Source of the DNA: an uncultured Chloroflexia bacterium
GTDB lineage: Bacteria > Chloroflexota > Chloroflexia > Thermomicrobiales > UBA6265
Length of the DNA: 64,000 nt
Assembly: GCA_963750275.1 (NCBI GenBank)
Contig: CAVVQC010000005.1
Coordinates: 756,105 to 820,104 of the forward strand
Direction of reading: 5' to 3'
Shown here one piece after another: positions 29,872-38,784 of the stretch (the first letter of the stretch is position 1; each line of letters opens with the position of its first letter). The notes below the pieces were generated by a model, which was given only the letters and a program-made list of their open reading frames with translations, ran no database searches and was not told where the DNA came from. A program made the translations under genes and the position numbers.

Positions 29872-32266
29872 ATGGACCCCATTTCGTTTCAAGACATGTC
29901 CGCCGACTATGTCTCTACCACTCTCCCCATCCCGCTCACCTCCTTCGTCGGACGAACTGACGAGCTGGAGCTGGCGAGGTCGCTCCTGCATGGTTCCGAA
30001 CGCCGCCTCCTGACCCTGACCGGCCCCGGCGGAATCGGAAAGACCCGCCTGGCCATCGAAATCGCAACCATCCTCGCATCGCAGTACCCTGACGGCGTCA
30101 CATTCGTATCGCTTGCGCCGGTGCAACATCCGTCGATGGTCATGCCAGCCATCGCTTCGGCCCTCGGATTGCGCGAGCTCGAAAGCGCATCCGCTCCCGC
30201 TGCCGTCGCCGCCGCGATTGGCCAGACTCAGCGCTTGCTCGTGGCCGACAACTTCGAGCACGTGCTGAATGCCGCCCCACATCTCACCCAACTGCTTTCC
30301 CAATGCTCCGAAGCTGAAGATCATCGCCACTAGTCGCAGTCTGCTGCGCGTCGAAGGGGAGCATGCGATCCCGGTACCGCCACTCACAGTTCCCAATCCA
30401 GCAACGTCGCTCTCGCATGACGAATGGCTCCAGGTTCCCGCAATACAACTCTTCGTAGATCGCGCCCGAGCCGTCGATCCCGGATATACCTGGAGCGAGA
30501 AGGACGTTGCGCAGCTTGTCGAAATTTGCAACCGCCTCGAGGGTCTGCCGCTCGCGGTCGAGCTCGCCGCCACCAAGGTCCGTCACCTCACGCTGGCCGA
30601 AATTCGTGGACGGCTCGACGAGCGCCTGCCCATTGTTGGTCGACGGCTCGCGCGATCACCCAAGCCGACTGAAAACTATGCGCAATGCCATCGCCTGGAG
30701 TCACGACCTCCTATCGTCAGCAGCGCAGACGACTCTTTCGGCGACTCGCCGTCTTTCACGGCGGGCTTCTCCCTGGAAGCTATCGAGGCAATCTCGGTAC
30801 CAGCTAGATAAGCAGGACGCAGCAGAGATTTCGATCCGATGAACATCTCTCTCCGCTGATCGACGCCAGCCTGCTCCTGCGGGAAGCCGACCCTGACACC
30901 GGCGGCGCGCGCTATCGCATGCTGGAAACAATTCGGGAATTCGCGGGTGAGCAACTGACACAAAGCGACGAAATGGACGCGACCCGCACTGCGCATGCGG
31001 TTTTTTTCACCCAGTTCGCCGAACGGTACGAGTTCGCCGATCTCATGCCATTCTCCGACAACGCAGTCGAGCGCCTCATCGTCGAACGCGCCAACATGCG
31101 TGCGGCACTGAGCTGGCTGGAACCAGACGTCCGACACTCGATGCTCTTGCTTCGGCTCATTGCCGCCCATGGCAACTTCTGGGCATCCACCGCGAACTAC
31201 CGCGAAGCCACCCACTGGTACGAGCGCGCCATCACCCAGAGCGAGGCAGTTCCCTCCGCGCACCGGGCGAAGATTCAGGTTCAGCTCGGGATGACCAGGC
31301 TCCTTCAGGGCGACATTCCCGGCGCGGATGCGAAATTCACTGAGGGGCTCGCCGCGAGCCGCGCCTTTGATGAACCCTATTACTCGTCCCTTGCCTTGAT
31401 CGGACTTGCCACGTGCGGCCATCGTGCAGGGAAACAGCGAACGTAGCACCAAGCTCTTGCTGGAATGCAGCGACATCGCTCGCTTCATTCCCGATCGGCG
31501 GCTCGCAGAGCTCGTTCAAGGCATGGTTTCGCTCAATCTGGGAGTCGTCTCCCGCGCCGCTGGCGAGCTCGATCTCGCCGCTGACCAAATCTCCAATATG
31601 CTCCGCCGCGCGCGTGCCGAGGACTATCAGCAAGGGGAGCTCATCGCTCTTGGAGATCTGGGGGACCTCGCTCGCGACCGCGCCAACTGGACGCTAGCGC
31701 TTTCCTTCTACCGGGATGCGCTGAAGCTCGGTCGGAATCAGCCCGTCAAACGGGTGCTCATCGAAGTGATCGAATCGGTCGCCATCGTCGCATCCCAAAC
31801 TGGCCGGTTCGACCACAGCGCAAACCTGCTCGGCGCCGCCGAAGGGTTGCGCGAGCGCACCGGTTTGCGCTACCGGCCACCCGAAAGCCGAACCTCGTTG
31901 GCATCGGCGATCGAGGTGAGCCGCGCTGCCCTGGGCGATGAACCCTTCACGGCCGCCTGGGAACTTGGCCGCACGCTGTCTGCCGATCGGGTCATTGCCG
32001 CGGCACTCGCGTTTGAAACCACCGCCCCCGCTCCACCGGGCCTGTTGACCGCGCGCGAAAACGAAATCCTCAGGCTGCTTGTCCTCGGCATGACCGACCC
32101 CGAAATCGCCACCACCCTCTTCATCAGCGTCCGCACGGTCGAGAACCACGTCGCGCACATTCTCGCCAAGCTCGGCGTCCACACCCGCACCGCCGCGGTT
32201 TCTGCGGCGCTCGCTGCCGGCATTGTCTCGGGCGACGCCCGCTTCTCAGACCGTACGGCGCAGTAA
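29872..32266 (+). pseudogene. large ATP-binding LuxR-family regulator (LAL/AfsR-like: P-loop NTPase + TPR-like + LuxR HTH), >=6 frameshifts as assembled
   Basis: The fragments read in four ORFs plus intervening frames:
- MDPISFQ..FVGRTDELELARSLL..LLTLTGPGGIGKTRLAIEIA..LLVADNFEHV
- CPKLKIIATSRSLLRVEGE..LEGLPLAVELAA
- LLVDGSRDHPSRLKTMRNAIAWSHDLL
- LFRRLAVFHGG / FSLEAIEAI
- LIDASLLLREADPDTGGARYRMLETIREFAGEQL, then TPR-like helices
- LTARENEILRLLVLGMTDPEIATTLFISVRTVENHVAHILAKLGV

Frame changes occur near 30305, 30630, 30715-30732, 30764, 30790-30840 and 31411-31418. Confidence 0.85.
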
Positions 32267-32428
32267 TCGGCGGCTCCCTGCTCGACGCATCGAACGAAAT
32301 GAGTACCCACCACACCCCAGATGCGTACATGTACGGTTTCCCCAAGTGCCGCCATCTTTCAACCTAGAGACGAGCCCGTAGCGCTCTCCCCGGAGAAGTA
32401 ACACCCCTCTCGTCGAAAGGTGCGACCC

Positions 32429-33479
32429 ATGTACCACACAACGTTTCGATCCACTCGTCGATCACCAACTCTCACGCCGCCGAGCCATCAGATGGATCGC
32501 CCTCGGGCTCGCCGCCGCTGCACTCACTACTGGAGGAGCCAAGTCCGCGCGCGCCCAATCGCCTGTCGCCAGCCCCTCCACCGACGACTTCGCCGGCCTG
32601 GTCGATATCGGCGACCGCTCGATCTATATGGAAGCTTCCGGCGCCGGATCGCCCACTGTCGTGCTCATAGCTGGCGCGCTCGGCCGCGGCGATGTCTGGA
32701 GCCGTGATCAGCAACAACCCGAAGGCGAGCGCGAGATGGTCTTCCCTGCGGTTGCCAGGTTCACTCACGTTATCGAATACGACCGCCCCGGCACCATCGG
32801 CGAAGTGAACACCAGCCTCGAACCGAACGCGCCCCTCTTCTATCCCAGCCGCAGCGACGATGTGCCGCAACCCCGCACTGGAGCGGAATTCGTCCAGGAG
32901 CTGCACGATCTCCTCCAGGCGGCGGACGTTCCCGGTCCCTATGTGCTCGTTGGCCATTCGGTCGGTGGTCTCTATGCGCAGCTTTACGCCATGACCTACC
33001 CGGATGAGGTGGTCGGGATGGTGCTGGCCGATGCCACGAATGAAGAGGTCTGGGAGGAGTTTCACAAGGCGCTGACTCCCGAACAATGGGCCATCTTCGA
33101 ACCAAACACCGTGCGCAACGAGGAGTTGCTGGCGGCCTACCCGCCAGCCGAGATGAACTGGACCGCTCCGCTGCTCGAGGACCCAACGGTTGAGCAGGTT
33201 CGTCAGGCCAGGAAAGATTCCCCTGTCCGACCCATGCCGCTCTATACCCTCACGCATGGCATCCCCTTCGGCGAACCGTTCCCGGGCTGGCCAGGGGAAG
33301 AGATGGAAGCCATTATGACGAGGCTGCAAGAGGTGACGCTGCACCAGGTGCCCAATTCCAAACACGTCGTTGCCACTGAAAGCGGCCACAACATCCATCA
33401 GGATCAACCCGAATTGGTGATCGAAGCGATCCGCGAAGTCGTCGACGCCGTTCGCGACCCATCCACCTGGACGAGCTAA
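32429..33479 (+). pseudogene. exported alpha/beta hydrolase, probable frameshift in the signal-peptide region
   Basis: The body is ORF 32628..33479 (VVLIAGALG.., LVGHSVGG, HNIHQDQP). The same frame continues upstream through a signal-like RRRAIRWIALGLAAAALTTGGAKSARAQ, but with no ATG/GTG/TTG. An ATG with an RBS (32429, MYHTTFRSTRRSPTL) lies in another frame, so a 1-nt indel near 32465-32480 is inferred. Confidence 0.65.
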
Positions 33480-33510
33480 CCGCCGCCAACGACGCACCTG
33501 ACGAACCCAA

Positions 33511-33786
33511 ATGCCAGTCCTGCTGATCCGACAACGGGTGTCCGACTACCAGGCATGGAAACAAGGCTTCGACCAACAGGCCCACGCCCGGACCGCAAAC
33601 GGTTGTCAACAGGTCCAGATCTTCCGCAATGCGGCCGACCCGCACGAAATAGTGGTCCTTCTCACCTGGGACACCCTCGTGCGGGCGCGACTCTACGCGC
33701 AATCAGACGATTGGCTCGAATCGATCGATCGGAGCGGTGTTATCGAACGCCCCGAAATCTGCTTCCTGGAGGAAATCAGCGGGTGA
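33511..33786 (+). CDS. small hypothetical protein (ferredoxin-like/ABM-type fold suspected)
   Basis: The ORF is 91 aa: MPVLLIRQRVSDYQAWKQGFDQQAHARTANGCQQVQIFRNAADPHEIVVLLTWDTLVRARLY. The pattern is similar to small Dabb/ABM proteins. No motif supports a functional call. Confidence 0.45.
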   Translation: MPVLLIRQRVSDYQAWKQGFDQQAHARTANGCQQVQIFRNAADPHEIVVLLTWDTLVRARLYAQSDDWLESIDRSGVIERPEICFLEEISG

Positions 33787-34028
33787 TCCACCGGCTGGCA
33801 ATGAGATTTGAAGAGAAGAGACAGTCACTTCTCGATTGAATGTGTTTGAACAATTCGTCCGTTCGATGAAAAGACATGGTGCATTGGCGACACGAAAACC
33901 CCCACCGATCTGCGGTGAAGAGCTCGGCACGTCCGGAAACCACCGCTGCTCTGAAACCTGATCGAGCGCGCATCGTCAGTCCCGATAGCGTACGCTGACA
34001 CATTCAGGTCCTGCCAAAACATCCGGGA

Positions 34029-34799
34029 GTGTGCTCCATGCGACGTTTGATTCATTCCTCTTTAGCGCTTTCCACGTTGACGTTCCTCATCCTTTGGTCG
34101 GGTTGGACGACGTCGGTTTCCGCCATTTCCAACGCGCAAGATCTCGACTGCGCGACGGTCGGAACACCGACGGCAAACCAGTCCCCAGATGGAGCCGAAG
34201 CATCTCCGGCGGCGGACGGTTCCAGTCAAGCCGCGCTTCCTAGCGCAACCGCAGTCGAGCTAGAGCATGGGAACGCCCTTCTCTGGGGCAATGGTGAACG
34301 CGGTCTACTGCTGCTGCACGGCGCCGTCTATGACGCGGCTTCCTGGGATGCCCAGGCCCAATGGCTGGCCGGCCAGGGCTTTACCGTGTTGGCATTGGAG
34401 GAGCTCGCTCCCGACGCGGTGCAGGATGGGCTCACATACCTGATGAGCTGTGGCGCCTCCGGTGTGACCGTCATCGGCGCAAGCGCAGGCGGAGGTGCGG
34501 CACTCACGTTTCTCGCCGGAGACCCGGAGGGAATAACCGGTCTGATCCTGTTGAGCGCTACGGGCGATGTCGCTAATCTCGGAGACTATCCCAAGCTCTT
34601 CGTCGCGAGCGAAGCTGAGGGAATGGAAGAGCGTCTGGCGTCGATGGCCAACGATGCCCCTGGCTCACAGAACCAGACGTTGATCCTGCCAGGGTCCGCC
34701 CATGCGCAGGCAATTTTCACCACCGATCAGAGCGAGCCGCTCTTGAACGCGATCCTCGCATTCCTCGAAGAAACCGTCGATTGGAAAAGCCAGGCCTGA
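34029..34799 (+). CDS. secreted alpha/beta-hydrolase-fold protein
   Basis: Signal peptide: MRRLIHSSLALSTLTFLILWSGWTTSVSA. Other blocks are LLLLHGAVYDAASW and VIGASAGGGAAL. Confidence 0.6.
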   Translation: MCSMRRLIHSSLALSTLTFLILWSGWTTSVSAISNAQDLDCATVGTPTANQSPDGAEASPAADGSSQAALPSATAVELEHGNALLWGNGERGLLLLHGAVYDAASWDAQAQWLAGQGFTVLALEELAPDAVQDGLTYLMSCGASGVTVIGASAGGGAALTFLAGDPEGITGLILLSATGDVANLGDYPKLFVASEAEGMEERLASMANDAPGSQNQTLILPGSAHAQAIFTTDQSEPLLNAILAFLEETVDWKSQA

Positions 34800-34928
34800 T
34801 CGACGCTTCGTTGAATAGTGCAGTCATTGCTCTGGAGGAGCGGTAGTTTGCGTCCGGCGGGCACCGGCAGATTCGAGACAGAAGTCCAAGACCATCTCGC
34901 TCGTTGGGAAGACTGAGCCAGCGCCCGG

Positions 34929-36317
34929 TTACGCGTCCAGGGAGGCGAACAGATTGTTGAACGATTCGGCCAGGGTCGGATGGGCGAACACCGCATCCTG
35001 CAGCACGGTATACGGCAGCTTGCCCATCATGGCGATCTGGATCATCGACATGAGCTCGCCTCCTTCGGCGCCCAGGATCGCCGCCCCAAGAATCCGGTCA
35101 TTCTCCGCATCGACAATGGCTTTCATCAATCCGCGGGTCTCATCGACCTGGATCGCCCGGGCCACCCTACTCATCGGCATCGTGGCAACCCGGATGTCGA
35201 GCCCCTTGTCGCGCGCTGCCTGCTCTGTCAACCCGATCCGGCCCAATTGCGGATCGATATAGGCGACGTAGGGCACCATGCGATCCTTCGTCGTTGCGTT
35301 TCCATCTTCCAACAGATTGGTTCGGAGAATCCGGAAATCGTCGTAAGAGATATGGGTAAACGCCGGGCCGCCGTTGATATCGCCAGTGGCGTAGATCCCC
35401 TCCACGTTCGTGGCCAATCGTTCGTCGACCGTGATGTACCCGCGTTTGTCGGTTTCGACTCCCGCTTCGTCCAGGTGTAGGCGATCGGAATTCGGAGTTC
35501 GGCCGGTCGCGATGAGCAGATGCGAGCCGGTCAGCGAGCGTTCGCCATCGTTTCCTCGCACCGTGATGCGCACCCCACCATCCGCTGGATTTGCGCGAAT
35601 CACATCCGTTTCCAGGAGAATATCGATCCCGTCTTCACGCAGCAGATCGAGCACCGCCTGGGCGATGTCCGGATCTTCATGGCCCATGAGCTGCGAGCCG
35701 CGCTGCACGATCGTCACCTGGCTACCAAAACGACGGAACATTTGCCCGAACTCGAGTCCGATGTAGCCCCCGCCGACGATCAAGAGATGCTCGGGTAGGG
35801 TGTCCAACTCCATGATCGAGGTCGAATCGAGCGCGGGCGTATCCTCCAAACCCTCCACGGGCGGCATCGCGGGTCTTCCCCCGGCATCGATGACGATGAC
35901 CTTCGCGTCAAGTTCGATCTGGCCGCCATCGTTCAGCGCAACCGCGAGCGACGCCGGTCCGGTAAAGCGCGCCTCACCACGAATCAAATCGAGCCCGGAG
36001 GTTCCCTCGATCCGTTGCGTGCTGCCGCTGCGAAATTGCTCGACAATGGCACGCTTCCGCTCGCGCACGGCTTCCATGTCAACCGAAATGTCACCGGTAC
36101 GCACACCGTAGTCATCCGCCCGGCGGGCGAGCCAGGCCACTCGCGCGCTCGCCACCATCGTTTTCGTCGGGGTGCACCCATCGTTGATGCACGTCCCGCC
36201 GACATGCCGTGCCTCGACGAGCGCGGTGCGCTTCCCGGCAGCGGCAAACGCTAAAGCCAGCGGTCCGCCCGCCTGCCCGGCGCCGATCACGATCGCATCG
36301 TAGTGCTTCGGGGTCAT
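34929..36317 (-). CDS. class I pyridine nucleotide-disulfide oxidoreductase (dihydrolipoamide dehydrogenase/mercuric-reductase-like flavoprotein)
   Basis: Start ATG 36317 (AAGGAGA RBS). The FAD fold is [13 protein letters not shown], the redox-active pair is [13 protein letters not shown] and the NAD fold is [12 protein letters not shown]. The dimerisation tail is [11 protein letters not shown]. Confidence 0.85.
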
Positions 36318-36575
36318 CGCAATATTCTCCTTGTGCACGTGGAGGGCACCGTCTGAACAGTTCGCCTCGACTTAGTCCTCAGACGCAGTCACAGCGGGAT
36401 CAGTGGGATGCCATCGGACCGGTTCGGGCCATGGTGCTGCCCAATGAAGTTGGAACCAGCGTAAACGATCGGTATGCCGCGGACTCGAGGCCGCTCGTCC
36501 TCCGTTGCCGTTTTCGCCCCCAATTCCGCCAGACGGCAGAGCGCGACGCTGTCGGACTGCGCCGCGCCGCAGCCG

Positions 36576-37352
36576 TCAGCTCACCTTCGCATCCCGCCAG
36601 GCGAGCAGCTTCTCCAGACCCGACAGGTCGTAATCCGGCCCCTTCGACGCCGTCAGGAAATGCGTCACCCCGGCATCGTAGTACTCGTCCAGCTTGTCGA
36701 GCTGCGGGCCGAAGATCTGCACCGAGCGCTCGATCTCGTTCGGATCGCGGCCGACCTTTGCACACCACTCGTCCAGCACCTGGTTTTTGTGCCGGATCAC
36801 GTCGGGCTCGTCCTGACCGTTCCAGATCGTCGCGTACTCGGCCACGATGCGCAGCGTCACCTTCTCGCCACCGCCGCCGATAAGAATCGGCAACGGATCC
36901 TGAATCGGCGGCGGATTCAGCTTGTCGAGCCGATCCATGATGATCTTCATATCCCGGTCGAGATCCTTCAACCGCGACGCCGCCGTGCCGAACTCGTAGC
37001 CGTACTCCTCATAGTCGCGCTGGTTCCAACCGCTGCCGATACCCAGGATGAAGCGTCCATTGGAAAAGTGATCGAGCGAGCGCGCCCGGTCGGCCAGCAT
37101 ATGCGGATTGTGATACCCGGTCGCCGCCACCAGGCAGCCAAACTGCACCCGCTCGGTCACTTCGGCCATCGCGCCCAGTGCCGTCCAGTTGTCGAGATGC
37201 ATCCCGTCCAGATCGCCTTCCAGGGGAAAGAAGTGATCCCAATTGAAGAGGGTGTCCGCCCCACTCGCGTCCACCCGTTTCCAGGCGTCCCGAATCTGCG
37301 GATAGGTCGCATGCTGCTGCGTGATCTGAATACCGACTCGGATTGGATGCAC
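36576..37352 (-). CDS. LLM-class (luciferase-like) F420-dependent oxidoreductase
   Basis: Blocks: MHPIRVGIQITQQHATYPQIRDAWKRVDASGADTLFNWDHF.. and RFILGIGSGWNQRDYEEYGYEF. The ~258-aa length is typical of the small F420-LLM subgroup. Confidence 0.75.
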   Translation of the reverse strand: MHPIRVGIQITQQHATYPQIRDAWKRVDASGADTLFNWDHFFPLEGDLDGMHLDNWTALGAMAEVTERVQFGCLVAATGYHNPHMLADRARSLDHFSNGRFILGIGSGWNQRDYEEYGYEFGTAASRLKDLDRDMKIIMDRLDKLNPPPIQDPLPILIGGGGEKVTLRIVAEYATIWNGQDEPDVIRHKNQVLDEWCAKVGRDPNEIERSVQIFGPQLDKLDEYYDAGVTHFLTASKGPDYDLSGLEKLLAWRDAKVS

Positions 37353-37747
37353 GGTTCACCTCGTTTCGAATGTCGACAGCTCAATTCCAGGATCATCGCA
37401 CCCAATGTTGATTCATGCGAGCCAACTACGGTGCACTACCGTAGTTCGACGATTTGGGACGGAGGAAGGGCCAAGCTCCACACAGAGAAGAGCAGACGAA
37501 TTCTGAAGTGGATCATCGATTCGCCTCAGGACGTGGATCAAGCGCAAGAAACTTAGTCGTTGTGCTAAACTCAACATAACTCCCGTGCTTCCGTTGCTGC
37601 GCAGCCTATGCGTCGACTGTCAAAGTCTTGTTCCGCCGCCAACATCGACAACGGATTGTAGTTGCCCCGAAGCGTTTGCCGACGGTAGGGGCAGCTCGCC
37701 GCGCAAACCTGGTATACCAGCGAACCGTATGACTCGGCAGGGCAGCC

Positions 37748-38779
37748 ATGAACGATCAGGATTGGAACAGCCTCGGTGCTCCGCCCCGATTATCGGTGCT
37801 CGATGTCGCGCCGGTCGGGCCCGGCTGCACCGCGATTCAAGCGTTCAAGTGGACGACCGATGTCGCAAGGGCCGCCGATCGCCTGGGATACCATCGGTTC
37901 TGGGTCGCAGAGCACCACGCAGTTCCTGACATTGGGTCGAGCGCGCCGGCGGTATTGATTGCCCATCTTGCCGCTCGGACTAAGCGAATTCGCCTTGGCG
38001 CGGGCGGAGTCATGCTGCGCAATCATGCGCCTTTCCTCATTGCCGAGCAGTTCAGTCTTCTGCAGGCGCTCTACCCCGGACGCATCGACCTCGGTATTGG
38101 CAGAGGGAAAGGTGCTGGCCCGCTTGCTTCGCTCGCAATTCGAAAAGGGCAAGAAGCAACCGCTCAGGACAGCTTCGATGAGCAGCTCGATGAGCTACTT
38201 GGATTTCTTCACGCGAGTTTTCCCGAAGGCCATTGCTTTCAACACCTGAAGCTCTCTCCAAGCTCTCCACCTCCTCCGATGTTCCTGCTGAACTCCAGTG
38301 AAGAAGGCGCGTATTCAACTGCTACCCGAGGACTTCCACTTGCGTTTGCTCACTATCTCGCGCCTCAACTCACTGCGCATGCGCTTTCGGCCTATCGTTC
38401 TGTGTTCTGCCCTGGTCCATATCAACAGAAACCGTACGCCATCGTTGCAGTCTTGGCTGTTTGCGCGGATTCCCACGAAGAAGCCGAGCGATTGGCGATC
38501 ACTGCTATCGGCGCTCGCGTCCGCAGAAGCCTTGCGAGCCAACAAGAGCGTGTTCTGAGCGACAGCGAGTTACTTTCTCCTCACTACACCGAGGAGGAAG
38601 CGCGGCATATCTTGGATAATCTGCAATCCGGGAGCATGTTCTTCGGCACTCCCATGACCGTGCGCAGCCAGATTGTCGATCTGATCAGGTCGACTCAGGC
38701 AGACGAGCTGATGATCTGTCCAGTCGAATTTGATGGATCTTCCCGAATGAGAACTCTCGCTGCCGTGGCGACAGGATGA
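37748..38779 (+). CDS. LLM-class flavin-dependent oxidoreductase (luciferase-like monooxygenase family)
   Basis: Blocks: RLSVLDVAPV.., YHRFWVAEHHAVPDIGSSAPAVLIAHLAARTKRIRLGAGGVMLRNHAPFLIAEQFSLLQALYPGRIDLGIGRG. It is convergent with lanKC, with the stops 5 nt apart. Confidence 0.8.
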   Translation: MNDQDWNSLGAPPRLSVLDVAPVGPGCTAIQAFKWTTDVARAADRLGYHRFWVAEHHAVPDIGSSAPAVLIAHLAARTKRIRLGAGGVMLRNHAPFLIAEQFSLLQALYPGRIDLGIGRGKGAGPLASLAIRKGQEATAQDSFDEQLDELLGFLHASFPEGHCFQHLKLSPSSPPPPMFLLNSSEEGAYSTATRGLPLAFAHYLAPQLTAHALSAYRSVFCPGPYQQKPYAIVAVLAVCADSHEEAERLAITAIGARVRRSLASQQERVLSDSELLSPHYTEEEARHILDNLQSGSMFFGTPMTVRSQIVDLIRSTQADELMICPVEFDGSSRMRTLAAVATG

Positions 38780-38784
38780 CCGCC

